A stretch of DNA of 64,000 bases from Bdellovibrionales bacterium (GTDB lineage: Bacteria; Bdellovibrionota; Bdellovibrionia; Bdellovibrionales; UBA1609). Numbering within the stretch: position 1 is the stretch's first letter; each line of letters opens with the position of its first letter. The position numbers were made by a program, and so were the translations under genes. Of this stretch, positions 38,344 through 49,166 are shown piece by piece. The DNA lies in the NCBI GenBank assembly GCA_965203095.1, contig OZ241877.1, positions 1,088,001-1,152,000 of the forward strand, given 5' to 3'. The notes beneath the pieces were generated by a model, which saw nothing but the letters and a program-made list of their open reading frames with translations, ran no database searches and was not told the origin of the DNA.

Positions 38344-41034
38344 ATGAAAACTCACTGGAAAAAAAGTTTTTGGTTTAAAATTGTTCTGATTTTTTTCGGA
38401 ATTTTCATTCTTTTCACCTCCTATTTTGCCTATATTTTTTTGAGCTTACCTCAACTGTTGAAAATCAGCGACTATCGCCCGCCCCTACTCAGTCAAGTTT
38501 ATGACAGAAATGGGGAAAAGGTCGGAGAATTTTGGAAAGAGCGACGGCTCCTTGTCCCTTATGAGGACATACCTCAATATGCCATTCAGGCTTTTATCTC
38601 TGCTGAAGATGGGCGGTTTTTCTCTCACAAAGGGCTTAATTACAAAGCCATCCTCCGGGCTTTTATAGCCAACCTTAAAGCCGGTAAAAAAGTTCAAGGT
38701 GGTTCCACCATCACACAACAACTGGCCCGGACCCTTCTTCTCTCTAAGGAAAAAACTTACACAAGAAAACTCAAAGAAGCCATTTTGGCTTTGCGGATGG
38801 AAAGCTCCTTAAGCAAACAAGACATCCTTTATATCTACCTCAATCAGATCTATTTTGGACATGGGGCTTATGGTATAGAGATGGCCTCTCGAACTTACTT
38901 TAGAAAGTCCGTCAAAGATATAAGCTTAGCCGAATCCGCTTTACTGGCAGGACTACCTAAGGCTCCGAGTCGGTTTTCCCCTGTATTTTATCCTGATCGA
39001 GCCAAAAGCCGTCAAATTTACACTCTCAATCGGATGAGGCAAGAGGGCTATATCAATGAAGAGGAGATGAAACAACATTCCGAACAAGATATTTCTGTTT
39101 TTGTCCGGAAAGATTTTAATGAGGAAAGCCCTTATTATACAGAGACTGTTCGCCGGCTTCTGCTCACACATATTGAGTCAGAGGATCTTTTGCAGTCAGG
39201 ATTAAAAATATGGACAGCTATGGATCTGGAAAAACAAAAATTGGCCCGTGAGGCTTTGCGAAAAGGGTTGGAGGATTGGGATCACCGTAAAGGTTGGCGA
39301 GGGGTGCAAAAAAACTTATCAGATCCCATTGAGCGAAAAACCTGGACCGAAAAAAGAGACAGCACACTTCGATCACAAATTCAAAGGCATGTGACTCTTC
39401 CGGGCTTTGTTCTATCCATAAACGAAGGGGAGGAGGAAATACCGGAAGAATTTTTTGAAGAATTTAAAAAAAAGTTTGCAGAACTGGAAAGTCAAAAACT
39501 CTCTCGCTCTTTTTGGTTTAAAAATCGTCAGTTTTTAGAGGGTAAAATTTTTTCTGCTATTATTTCTGAAGTAAAAAAAGAAGAGATAAAAATTTTAACC
39601 CCTTGGGGAGAGGAAGTTCTCAATTTAAAAGATTTTGAGTGGGCTGTTCCTGTCGATAAAAAAGAAAAGGCTCCCCTTTTAACCACTGCTAAAGATATTT
39701 TTAAACCACAAGATGTCGCTTTTTTTCAAGTTAAAAAAGAGGCTGAGCTACCTCCTGATTTTGACAAAAACTCTATCCCTCTCTCCCTTTATCAAGAGCC
39801 TTTAGCTGAAGGTTCGCTACTCTCTTTTGACTTGCAAAATTCAGAAGTCATTGCTCTTGTGGGAGGCTATGATCATTTAAGATCCCAATACAATCGAGCC
39901 TATCAGTCCCGCCGGCAATCGGGTTCTGTTTTTAAACCCTTTGTTTATGGAGCGGCTTTAGAGCGGGGCTTTCACCCTGCCAGTTTAATTAGCGACTCCC
40001 CTGTTGTTTTTTCTCCTAAAGCGGCGGAGGAGCAATCCGAAAAAGAATCAGAAAACTTAAACATAGAAAACATGTGGAGGCCGGCCAATATCAGCGATCG
40101 CTTTTTAGGAGATATTCTGTTTAGAAAGGCACTGATTCGCTCTTTGAATGTGCCCACAGTGAGAATTATGGAAAAAATTGGCCTCAGCTGGCTGAAGTTT
40201 TATGTCCGCCGGTTAGGAATATTTAGTCCTTTAAATTCTGATTTCACAGTGGCTTTAGGCTCTAGCTCTTTAACTTTGTATGAAACTTTAAAAGCCTTTT
40301 CCGTTTTTGCTCGTCAGGGGCGAGGCTTAAAACCTATTTTAATTCGCCGGGTAGAGTCTTCATCTGGGGAAGAGATCCTCTCTGATTTGAGTATGGATGA
40401 GTTTTTTAAAGAAGAGATAGCCTTAGCTAATGAATATGTGCAGAAGGAAAAAACCAAGTGGATTAAAAAAGGACTTGCAGAAGATAAAAAAAGCTCCTTT
40501 CAAAAACGATGGGAGATTTTATTTCAAGAGGGTTCTGAAGAGCTTATTCCAGCTGGAAACAGCTATGTGATGATGAATCTTTTGTCCGCAGTCATTACTG
40601 ATAGGGAGGGCACAGCACGAAGAGCTTTTGTTTTGAATCGCCCACTTGGAGGAAAGACCGGGACAACAGATGGCTATTACGACACTTGGTTTGTGGGGGC
40701 CTCTCCTTTTATTTCTACAGCAGTATGGCTGGGTTTTGATTCGGAAAAAAGCTTAGGAAAGGGGGAAACAGGGAGTCGCACTGCTCTTCCTCTGTGGATT
40801 CAATATATGGATAAAAGTCATAAGGATATTCCTCCAACTCACTGGCCTGTCCCTGAAAATGTGGTTTTTGCCAATATTGATGCTGACACAGGAGCTTTGG
40901 TTTCAAAAAAAAGTAAAGAGGTGATTCAGCAAGCTTTTATAAAGGGGACAGAGCCTCAAATAGGAAAAGCTATTTTAGATAATCCCCTTACAACCAATGA
41001 GGCCGATTTTTTAAGAGAGGATCTGTCCCGCTAA
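38344..41034 (+). CDS. mrcA: Penicillin-binding protein 1A
   Basis: SAEDGRF, QGGSTITQQLAR, RKLKE (transglycosylase); GSVFKP, SLN, KTG (transpeptidase). Confidence 0.93.
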   Translation: MKTHWKKSFWFKIVLIFFGIFILFTSYFAYIFLSLPQLLKISDYRPPLLSQVYDRNGEKVGEFWKERRLLVPYEDIPQYAIQAFISAEDGRFFSHKGLNYKAILRAFIANLKAGKKVQGGSTITQQLARTLLLSKEKTYTRKLKEAILALRMESSLSKQDILYIYLNQIYFGHGAYGIEMASRTYFRKSVKDISLAESALLAGLPKAPSRFSPVFYPDRAKSRQIYTLNRMRQEGYINEEEMKQHSEQDISVFVRKDFNEESPYYTETVRRLLLTHIESEDLLQSGLKIWTAMDLEKQKLAREALRKGLEDWDHRKGWRGVQKNLSDPIERKTWTEKRDSTLRSQIQRHVTLPGFVLSINEGEEEIPEEFFEEFKKKFAELESQKLSRSFWFKNRQFLEGKIFSAIISEVKKEEIKILTPWGEEVLNLKDFEWAVPVDKKEKAPLLTTAKDIFKPQDVAFFQVKKEAELPPDFDKNSIPLSLYQEPLAEGSLLSFDLQNSEVIALVGGYDHLRSQYNRAYQSRRQSGSVFKPFVYGAALERGFHPASLISDSPVVFSPKAAEEQSEKESENLNIENMWRPANISDRFLGDILFRKALIRSLNVPTVRIMEKIGLSWLKFYVRRLGIFSPLNSDFTVALGSSSLTLYETLKAFSVFARQGRGLKPILIRRVESSSGEEILSDLSMDEFFKEEIALANEYVQKEKTKWIKKGLAEDKKSSFQKRWEILFQEGSEELIPAGNSYVMMNLLSAVITDREGTARRAFVLNRPLGGKTGTTDGYYDTWFVGASPFISTAVWLGFDSEKSLGKGETGSRTALPLWIQYMDKSHKDIPPTHWPVPENVVFANIDADTGALVSKKSKEVIQQAFIKGTEPQIGKAILDNPLTTNEADFLREDLSR

Positions 41035-43853
41035 TGGCCAAACATATAGAGATTCAAAACGCTCGGCAAAACAATTTGAAGGGCATCAATGCAAAAATCC
41101 CTTTAGGTTCTTTAACTGTAATTTGCGGGCTGAGTGGTTCTGGCAAAAGCTCCTTAGCTTTTGAAACTCTTTATGTGGAAGGCCAGAGGCGATACCTTCA
41201 AAATTTGTCCAATTATTTAAGACAGTATATTGTCCAACAAAGTCCGCCGGATGTAGAGAGCATTCATAATTTGCCCCCCGCTTTAGCTTTAGAACAAAAA
41301 AACAGTGTCAAAAGCTCGCGTTCCACAGTGGCCGGCCTCTCTGGCTTAGCCCATCATCTCCAGCTGATTTTTGAAAAGTTGGCTAAAGCTCATTGCCCTA
41401 AGCACCGCCAAGCTTTAGAGTCTTTTCCCCCTCATCAAATTGCAGAATATCTTTTGAAAAATTTTAAAGGGCAAAAGGCTTTTGTTTTAAATGAGGTTTT
41501 GTCAGAAAAAATTTCATCTCCAAAAATATTGTTGCAAAGTTTAAGGAGGAAAGGTTTTAATCGTCTACTCTTCCCTAAAAAAGGACAAAGCTTAAGTTTA
41601 AGTCAGATCAAAAACATAGAAGATATCAAAAGGCTTCCTAAAAAGAATTTTTACCTCCTTTTGGATCGTTTCGTGATAGAGGAAAAGCAAAAAGGAAGAA
41701 TGACAGAATCCTTTCAGCAAGCTTATGGCCTTTCTAAAATGTTTTCTTTCAAGCCTTCTGTTTTTTCTGAAAAAATCCTGGTTCAAACTTTAACTGGGGA
41801 AAAAAGATTTTTCTCTTTAAATGCATCATGCCCTCAATGCTCTTACAAATTCCCTCTTCCCTTAACTGCTGGCTTGTTTAACTGGAACTCCCCATTAGGG
41901 GCTTGCAGAACTTGTGAGGGCTATGGATACAGTTTGGACATTGATGAAAATAAAGTGGTCCCTCAGCCTCGGCTCTCACTCAAAAAAGGGGCTGTGCAAA
42001 TATTGCAAAACCCTTCTGCCATTTCATGGAAAAACCTTTTGAGACAATACTGTGCTCAACAAAAAATTCCTTGGGATAAGCCTTGGAGTGATCTGTCCCT
42101 CTATCAAAGAAAAAAAATATGGTCCGGACATGGTTCTTTTAAGGGGATAGAAGGCTATTTCCAAAATTTAGAGAGGAAAAAATATAAAATGCATATTCGA
42201 ATTTTGTTGTCGCGCTACAAATCCCCTTTTATTTGTAAAACCTGTAAAGGCTCTCGCCTTCGTTCTGATTTGGATTCTGTTTTGTTTCACGGAAAAAGTT
42301 TTAACAGCTATATGAAGATGAACTTAGAGCAGATGAAAAGATTTTTTGAAAGAGAAAGCTTAAGCCTTTCGGAAAAAGAAAAATGTTTTGAATCCTTTTC
42401 CGCCCTCTCTCGCCATCTTAAGTATTTGAACGCTTTGGGCCTTTCCTATTTGAGTCTTAACCGATCAGTTAAAGGGCTTTCTGGAGGAGAATTTCAAAGG
42501 CTCAATTTGTCCAGCCAGTTGGGTTTGCGACTGTCACAAATTTTGTATGTTTTAGACGAACCCACAGTGGGCCTCCATCCCAGGGACACCGCTCGTTTAT
42601 TGGAACTCCTAAAAGAGCTTAAACAGTGGGATAATACTGTTGTGGTTGTAGAGCATGACTCAAAACTTATAGAAAACAGCGACTATGTGATAGAGATGGG
42701 GCCTGGTGCAGGGCAAAAAGGGGGTGAGATTTTATGGGCAGGAAAAACTAAAAGTTTTTATACTTGTTCTCACTCCAACACAGTTTCTTATTTAAAAGAA
42801 AAAAATGTTATTTTAAAAACAACTCGTCCTGTAAACAAAAAACATTATAAATATCACCTTCTGTTAAAAGGCTGTTCGGGGCACAACTTAAAAAATGTGG
42901 ATCTGTTTGTCCCTTTAAATCGTTTTGTGGTTCTTACAGGTGTGAGCGGATCGGGGAAGTCCAGCTTGGCTGTCCATAGCCTTTACCCGGCTCTCAAAAA
43001 AAAACTCTCTGGTGAAAATCTTCATGGTCTTCCCTATAAAAATCTTTCTGGAGATGAGTTTTTAAAATCTGTGACTTTGATGAATCCTTCAGACATTGGG
43101 CACAGCTCTGTCAGTTTCATTTTATCCTATATGAAGGTTTTTGATATTGTTCGGCAACAATTTGCCAGTCAGCCTCTATCTCAAAGACAGGGCTTTAAAC
43201 CTTCTCATTTTAGCCTGAATGTAGAGGGGGGGCGATGTCCTTTTTGCCGAGGGCGAGGCTATCAGGAAATAGATATGGTTTTTATGGACTCTCTTCAAGT
43301 GGTTTGTGAGAACTGCCGGGGGAAGAAATTTAAAAAAGAAATTTTGCAAGTTTGTTTAAACGGTAAAAATATTTATGAGTTGTTGAATATTACTGTTCAA
43401 CAGGCTTTTGATTTTTTTAGAGGTTCTGTTGGGCTTTTACGAGCCTTTAGTGCCCTTAAGGAAGTGGGGCTTTCTTATCTCAAATTAGGGCAAAGTATCA
43501 GTTCTTTAAGTGGGGGAGAGAGGCAAAGGCTCAAAATGGCAGGAGAGCTTTTAAAATCTCGTCAGGAAAAAACACTTTATATTTTAGATGAGCCTACCAA
43601 AGGATTGCATTTTAAAGAGTTAACTTTGATTTTAAAAGTGATTGATCGCTTAGTGGAGACGGGCGGAAGTTTTTTAGTTATAGAGCATAACTTAGATTTT
43701 ATAAAATCAGCAGATTTTATAATTGATGTGGGGCCGGAGGCTGGAAGTCGAGGAGGGCGAATTGTGTTTGAGGGAAGTCCTGATCAAATCCTCCGTTGTT
43801 CAAAAAGTCATACAGGGCATTTCTTAAAAAAATTCTTACAAAAAAATCAATAA
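41034..43853 (+). CDS. uvrA: Excinuclease ABC subunit A
   Basis: GLSGSGKSSLAFETL, two ABC signature motifs LSGGE, zinc fingers, LDEPT. Confidence 0.93.
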   Translation: MAKHIEIQNARQNNLKGINAKIPLGSLTVICGLSGSGKSSLAFETLYVEGQRRYLQNLSNYLRQYIVQQSPPDVESIHNLPPALALEQKNSVKSSRSTVAGLSGLAHHLQLIFEKLAKAHCPKHRQALESFPPHQIAEYLLKNFKGQKAFVLNEVLSEKISSPKILLQSLRRKGFNRLLFPKKGQSLSLSQIKNIEDIKRLPKKNFYLLLDRFVIEEKQKGRMTESFQQAYGLSKMFSFKPSVFSEKILVQTLTGEKRFFSLNASCPQCSYKFPLPLTAGLFNWNSPLGACRTCEGYGYSLDIDENKVVPQPRLSLKKGAVQILQNPSAISWKNLLRQYCAQQKIPWDKPWSDLSLYQRKKIWSGHGSFKGIEGYFQNLERKKYKMHIRILLSRYKSPFICKTCKGSRLRSDLDSVLFHGKSFNSYMKMNLEQMKRFFERESLSLSEKEKCFESFSALSRHLKYLNALGLSYLSLNRSVKGLSGGEFQRLNLSSQLGLRLSQILYVLDEPTVGLHPRDTARLLELLKELKQWDNTVVVVEHDSKLIENSDYVIEMGPGAGQKGGEILWAGKTKSFYTCSHSNTVSYLKEKNVILKTTRPVNKKHYKYHLLLKGCSGHNLKNVDLFVPLNRFVVLTGVSGSGKSSLAVHSLYPALKKKLSGENLHGLPYKNLSGDEFLKSVTLMNPSDIGHSSVSFILSYMKVFDIVRQQFASQPLSQRQGFKPSHFSLNVEGGRCPFCRGRGYQEIDMVFMDSLQVVCENCRGKKFKKEILQVCLNGKNIYELLNITVQQAFDFFRGSVGLLRAFSALKEVGLSYLKLGQSISSLSGGERQRLKMAGELLKSRQEKTLYILDEPTKGLHFKELTLILKVIDRLVETGGSFLVIEHNLDFIKSADFIIDVGPEAGSRGGRIVFEGSPDQILRCSKSHTGHFLKKFLQKNQ

Positions 43854-43871
43854 AAACAGGACTTTAGAACC

Positions 43872-45068
43872 CTATTCTTTATATAAAGTTTTCCGGGCTA
43901 ACTGCAATGCCTCTTTAATTTTCTTGTCATTAAAATCAGGTTTTTCTTTTTTTAACTCCTTAGCCAAAGCCCTTAGAGCCTTGAGATGATTCTTGCTGGA
44001 AATAGCTCCTAAATGCCCTATACGAAGGATTTTATCTTTAAGTTCCCCTTGCCCTCCAGCAAAAATCACACCATGATTTTCTCGCAAATTCTTCTTAAGT
44101 CGCTCTGCCGACAAAGCCTCCGGCAGAGAGATCGCCGTCACAGAGTTTGCGGGGCAAGAGGAAAAAAGCTCTAAACCCAATCTCTCACAAAAAAGATGAG
44201 TGGATTGCTTTAAAGCTTGGCATTTCAAAATAGAACTTTTAAGCCCACCTTGCTTTTTTATTTCCCTTAAACTTTCCCTTAAGCCAGAGATAAGACTTAC
44301 AGAAGAGCTGAAAGCTGTTTGCCCTTGGGCCTGTTCTGCTTTTTCTCTATTTAAATCAAAGTAATACTTCCTCCCGGAGCTTTTTTTTGTAGCCTCCCAT
44401 GCCTTTTCAGAAAGGGCCACAAAAGCCAAACCAGCGGGAAGGCCAAAACCTTTTTGCGAACCTCCAATCAGAACATCAATCCCCCACTCATCCATATTCA
44501 GATCCATAGCTCCCAGCCCTGTCATACCATCCACTACAAACAAGACTTGAGGATAGTTTTTTAAAAGCTGAGCTAACTCCTTTATAGGTTGCTCTGTGGC
44601 GGTGCTGGTTTCGCAAGCTGTTGCTAAAAGAGCTTGGATCTGCCCTTCATTCTCTAATTTTTTTTTAACCTCTTCTACTGAAATAGCTGAACCAGAGGCT
44701 GTCTCTACGGATAGAGTTTTAAGGCCAAAGGCCCCGGCCATATCCCGCCACCGGCGGCCAAACTTTCCAGCACAAAGGCAAAGAGCTGTCTCTCCGGGTG
44801 AGAGAATATTGGCTAAAACCGCCTCCATTGCTCCTGTTCCTGTGCTGTGCAGGATCAAAACGGCTTGATTTGTTTGAAAAATCTCTTTGAGATCAGAGGA
44901 AACCTGTTTTAAAGTTTGTTTAAAGCCTGAAGATCTGTGGTGATCTGCCGGCAGGGCCAAGCTTCGCCGGACAACACGGCTCAAAGGCACAGGGCCGGGG
45001 GTAAAAAGTAAAGGTTGTTTGAAAAACTTTAATCTGTTCGCACTAATAAAGGAGAAAAAATTTTTCAT
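43872..45068 (-). CDS. Class V PLP aminotransferase (alanine-glyoxylate/serine-pyruvate family)
   Basis: LFTPGPV, TGTGAMEA, GKFG.RW, ETST, GSQKGFGLPAGL, LRIGHLG. Confidence 0.9.
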   Translation of the reverse strand: MKNFFSFISANRLKFFKQPLLFTPGPVPLSRVVRRSLALPADHHRSSGFKQTLKQVSSDLKEIFQTNQAVLILHSTGTGAMEAVLANILSPGETALCLCAGKFGRRWRDMAGAFGLKTLSVETASGSAISVEEVKKKLENEGQIQALLATACETSTATEQPIKELAQLLKNYPQVLFVVDGMTGLGAMDLNMDEWGIDVLIGGSQKGFGLPAGLAFVALSEKAWEATKKSSGRKYYFDLNREKAEQAQGQTAFSSSVSLISGLRESLREIKKQGGLKSSILKCQALKQSTHLFCERLGLELFSSCPANSVTAISLPEALSAERLKKNLRENHGVIFAGGQGELKDKILRIGHLGAISSKNHLKALRALAKELKKEKPDFNDKKIKEALQLARKTLYKE

Positions 45069-45143
45069 AAAATTGATTTAAGCTAAAAAGCTCAAAAAAT
45101 TCAACAAGGATTCTATCAATTCAGGAAAAGTTTATAAAAAATC

Positions 45144-46136
45144 ATGTCTCAAAATATGATGAAATGGCTCAAATCCCCTCTTCCCCTAAAACCATTGTAT
45201 TATGTGGTGGGATCAGAGCCTTTTCTTATTTCTGAAATCAAAAAAAGCTTTATAAAAAATGTTCATATCAATGGGGCAAAAGACTTTAATCATGATGAAA
45301 TGTCGGCTAACCAAAATCCTGTAGATGATCTTTTGACTTTGTGGGAGACTCTTCCTTTTATGTCTGAAAAGAGGTTGATTTTTTGCTTTCATGCGGAAAA
45401 ATTTTCTGATTCGGATTGGCAAAAAATATTTTGTTTTTTATCTCAGCCTATTGAGAGCACAATTTTAGTTTGTTTTTTTGACAAAAAAGATGGCCGGAAA
45501 AAGCATTTTAAACTCTTGAAAGAAAAAGCTGTGGAGTTGTTAGCCGAGTCTCCTCGCTCTTGGGAACTTTCCCCTTGGTTGGATTTTATTGCTGAAATGG
45601 AAGCTGTCCAGTTTTCTCAAAATGCCAAATCCCTTTTTATTCAGCTTGTGGGAACTCATCTTATGGAAATCCAAATAGAGCTTAAAAAATTAAGACAGTA
45701 TATGGGGGAGAGGAATCAAAAAGTGATGGAAAAAGATGTTTTGGCCTGCGTGTCTCGGCTAAAAACAGACAGCATTTTTGATTTGACTTCCGCTATTGGA
45801 AAAAAAGATGTAGTTCAAGCTCTAAAATCTTTAGTCCAGCTATTGGATCAAAATCAAAATGAAATAGGGGCCTTAGCTATGTTGGCCCGGCATATCCGGA
45901 TTTTGGCTCGTCTCAAAGAGGGGCAAAAACAAAAACTGAGCAAAAACCAACTGGCGGTGAAGGCGGGAATCCCTCCTTATTTTTTAAATAGTTATTTGAG
46001 CCAAAGTGCTCTTTGGTCTGAAAAACAAATCGATCAGGCCATAAGCTTACTTTTTGAAACAGACAAAGCTTTAAAATCCTCTTCCCTACCTTCTCATATC
46101 TATTTAGAAAACTTTGTGCTTAAAACTTGTTCTTAA
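45144..46136 (+). CDS. holA: DNA polymerase III delta subunit
   Basis: LKPLYYVVGSEPFL, TLPFMSEKRL, ELKKL, SIFDLTSAI, TDKALKSS. Confidence 0.88.
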   Translation: MSQNMMKWLKSPLPLKPLYYVVGSEPFLISEIKKSFIKNVHINGAKDFNHDEMSANQNPVDDLLTLWETLPFMSEKRLIFCFHAEKFSDSDWQKIFCFLSQPIESTILVCFFDKKDGRKKHFKLLKEKAVELLAESPRSWELSPWLDFIAEMEAVQFSQNAKSLFIQLVGTHLMEIQIELKKLRQYMGERNQKVMEKDVLACVSRLKTDSIFDLTSAIGKKDVVQALKSLVQLLDQNQNEIGALAMLARHIRILARLKEGQKQKLSKNQLAVKAGIPPYFLNSYLSQSALWSEKQIDQAISLLFETDKALKSSSLPSHIYLENFVLKTCS

Positions 46137-46168
46137 AATCATGTGCCAGATTTTGGACAAAAAACACA

Positions 46169-46283
46169 GTCATTCTCGCGAAAACAGGAATCCAAAAATC
46201 TCTGTCCTTCCTCAAAACTTGTCAAAAAATTCTGCCCAAAAGCCCTCTGGACTTTTAGTCTCTCGCTTAAGCAAAAATCCAGA
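46169..46283. repeat. dRS3-like repeat, degenerate copy
   Basis: GTCATTCTCGCGAAAACAGGAATCCA followed by TGCCCAAAAGCCCTCTGGACTTTTAG, similar to the 13.85-14.0 kb copy. Confidence 0.7.
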
Positions 46284-46437
46284 AAAGCTTTTAATCAAAT
46301 CAGTCTTCATTATATTTGACAGGTCAATTTTAAGGACTCAAATTGTAAATTTTTCAAAATAAGGGGTATTTCTTGTTTTTATAATGAGTTTTTAGTAGTT
46401 TACTTAAAGTAGTCAATATCATAAAGAGGTTAAAAAC

Positions 46438-47538
46438 ATGAAATCACATCAGATAAGAACCTTTGGACTTTTTATTTTATTTATTGTTATCCCCTATCAA
46501 AAAGGTTTAGCCGATGATAATAAACTTCTATACCCTGGAGTGGTTCAAATTGAGACTTCTGAAGGATATCAAGGAACTGGTTTTTTTATAAGTCAAGATA
46601 TTTTAGCAACCGCTTTTCATACAATTACTTTTGATGAATACAAAGGTTCTGTAGAGGAAAACATTTATTTTTTAGATGGAAAAAGCGATTCAAAATATTC
46701 AGTTTCGGAGATTGTGGCACTTGACGCAAAACATGATATAGCTCTTTTAAAAGTTTCAGATTATGTTTCCAATTTTTTCTATTCTCCTGCCACCGCAGTT
46801 CCTTTTACTTTAGAGAAAATAAAGGTTCCTGGGTTTATTAAAGGATCTCCCATAATTTTAGAAGGTGATAATTTAAGTCCTTCTTATTATGATTCTATGG
46901 ATAGCGACTCTTTTTTTGGATTTGCTCATAATAGGGAGCTAACAACAAAAGGGCTAAGCGGAGCTCCTGTTCTGTCTCCAAAAAAAGATCTTTTAGGTGT
47001 TTATATTGAAGGAAAAGTCTGGGGAGTAGTAAGCCCAGTGGGCTTAGACCTTTTTACATCTGTTGAAAATTTATGGAATTTGTTAGAAAAACCATCCTCT
47101 TCCTGCAAAATCATCTACTGTGTGGAAGCTGAACTAAGAGTTTTGCGAAAACAAGCCAGACTTGAAGATAGACAGGCTCAATACCGATTAGGCACACTTA
47201 TTAATATTGTTTATCCTGATCGAAGAGACAAATTTTGGTTGGAAAGATCTGCTGAAAACGGTCATCCATCGGCTCAATTTCTTATAGGGAAAGTAGAGTT
47301 TTACTCTTCCGCCTGCCAGCGGATATATTGGTTAAAGAAATCCGCCAATCAGGATTATCCTCCTGCACTACAGTATATAGAAGATATATCCAATGAGAAA
47401 TTTAAACTTTTTTGTGAGATACAGAGAAAAGAAAAAAATGGACAAAACCTAACTAAAAATGAAATAGATTACATAAATTCAATCTATAGCGAGTTATTGA
47501 TTTGGCAATACGCAAAAGAAAGTTTTTTAGGTTCATAA
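46438..47538 (+). CDS. Exported trypsin-like serine protease with C-terminal Sel1 repeats (paralog 1)
   Basis: Signal peptide; GTGFF, ATAFH, HDIALL, GLSGAP triad; AQYRLG and WL.RSAENGHPSAQF Sel1 repeats. Confidence 0.85.
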   Translation: MKSHQIRTFGLFILFIVIPYQKGLADDNKLLYPGVVQIETSEGYQGTGFFISQDILATAFHTITFDEYKGSVEENIYFLDGKSDSKYSVSEIVALDAKHDIALLKVSDYVSNFFYSPATAVPFTLEKIKVPGFIKGSPIILEGDNLSPSYYDSMDSDSFFGFAHNRELTTKGLSGAPVLSPKKDLLGVYIEGKVWGVVSPVGLDLFTSVENLWNLLEKPSSSCKIIYCVEAELRVLRKQARLEDRQAQYRLGTLINIVYPDRRDKFWLERSAENGHPSAQFLIGKVEFYSSACQRIYWLKKSANQDYPPALQYIEDISNEKFKLFCEIQRKEKNGQNLTKNEIDYINSIYSELLIWQYAKESFLGS

Positions 47539-47748
47539 TGATTCAGAAAAGTCAGAACATACTACATTTATCAAGAACCAATAAATTCAAGACTTTTGAC
47601 TCACCCTATTGGCCAAAGGGCAAACTCAGCTTAGAGCTTTGGAAGTTAGGTTGTAAATTTTTCAAAATAAGAGGTATTTCTTGTTTTTATAATGAGTTTT
47701 TAGTAAGCTTTTTTCATAAACGATTACTTATAAAAGGAGCTTAAAAAC

Positions 47749-48834
47749 ATGAAATCACATAAAATAAAAACCCTTGGATTTTTTGTTTTATTTATTGTTA
47801 TTCCATGTAAAAAAGGTTTAGCCAATGATAATAAACTTCCATACCCTGGAGTGGTTCAAATTATAACTTCTAATAAGGGAGCAGGAACCGGTTTTTTTAT
47901 AAGTCCAGATGTTTTAGCAACAGCTTTTCATGTAATTGTTCCTAATGAATATAAAGGTTCTGTAGAGGAAAACATTTATTTTTTAGACGGAAACAGCGAT
48001 TCAAAATATTCAGTTTCGGAGATTGTGGCACTTGACGCAAAACATGATATAGCTCTTTTAAAAGTTTCAGGCTATGTTTCCAAGTTTTTCTATCCGCCTG
48101 CCATCTCAGTTCCTTCTATTTTAGAGAAAGTAAAGGTTCCTGGGTTTATTAAAGGATCTCCCATAATTTTAGAAGGGGATATTTTAGGTTCTTTTAATTA
48201 TGATCTTAAAGATAGCGACTCTTATTTTGGATTTACTCATAATAGGGAACAAACAACAAAAGGGCTAAGCGGAGCTCCTGTTCTGTCTCCAAAAAAAGAT
48301 CTTTTAGGTGTTTATATTGAAGGAAAATTCTGGGGAATAGTAAGACCAGTGGGCTTAAACCTTTTTACATCTGTTGAAAATTTATGGAATTTGTTAGAAA
48401 AGCCGGCCCTTTCCTGCACAGATATCTCCTGTGTGAAGGATGAATTGAAGGTTTTGCAAAAACAAGCTCTATTCAGTAGAGATAGACAGGCTCAATACAG
48501 ATTAGCAATGTTTAGTGATGATTCAATACAAGATTTATGGTTGAAAAGATCTGCTGAAAACGGTCATCCATCGGCTCAATTTTTTTTAGGGCAAAAAGAG
48601 TTTTACTTTTCCAGCAGATGCAAGAGGACATATTGGCTAAAAAAATCTGCTAATCAGGGTTATCCTCCTGCACTACAGCATATAGAAGACATATCCACCA
48701 ATGAGGACATTAAACTTTTTTGTGAGATAGGTAGAAAACTAAATAATGGACAAATACTAACTGAAGATGAAGATGAGTTCCTGATTTCGATCTATGAGAA
48801 GGCATTGAGTTGGTTGTTAGACAATTCAAACTAA
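47749..48834 (+). CDS. Exported trypsin-like serine protease with C-terminal Sel1 repeats (paralog 2)
   Basis: Same motifs as 46438..47538, with long identical DNA blocks. Confidence 0.85.
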   Translation: MKSHKIKTLGFFVLFIVIPCKKGLANDNKLPYPGVVQIITSNKGAGTGFFISPDVLATAFHVIVPNEYKGSVEENIYFLDGNSDSKYSVSEIVALDAKHDIALLKVSGYVSKFFYPPAISVPSILEKVKVPGFIKGSPIILEGDILGSFNYDLKDSDSYFGFTHNREQTTKGLSGAPVLSPKKDLLGVYIEGKFWGIVRPVGLNLFTSVENLWNLLEKPALSCTDISCVKDELKVLQKQALFSRDRQAQYRLAMFSDDSIQDLWLKRSAENGHPSAQFFLGQKEFYFSSRCKRTYWLKKSANQGYPPALQHIEDISTNEDIKLFCEIGRKLNNGQILTEDEDEFLISIYEKALSWLLDNSN

Positions 48835-48950
48835 AACTTCTGATATTATATTGATCGCAGTTGAAGTTTCCGGTCAAAATAGAGTGAAGGAACAGTGTAA
48901 ATGATATGGGATTTCTTTAGATGATATTTTATTTAAAAATATTGGCTTAA

Positions 48951-48989
48951 AGTTGTCACCAAGTGTCAATAATCAGCTTAAGTTTATTT
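48951..48989 (+). repeat. Degenerate direct repeat, left copy (partner at 55065-55103)
   Basis: AGTTGTCACCAAGTGTCAATAATCAGCTTAAGTTTATTT versus AGTTGTCGCTAAGTGTCAAAAATCCAGATAAGTTTATTT. Confidence 0.65.
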
Positions 48990-49166
48990 TATCAAGCAGG
49001 GTCTTTTTATATTAAAAGCTTAGCTTTACCCAGCTCTTTTGTTGAAATAATGCTTTTTCCTCCTCCTTCCGCCAGTTTGTTCTGCTTTTTTTAATTTAAA
49101 TCTGGAATAAAAAATTATTTTTTGGTATTCTTATAATTTTAGAACATTATCTACTAATTTATTGAT

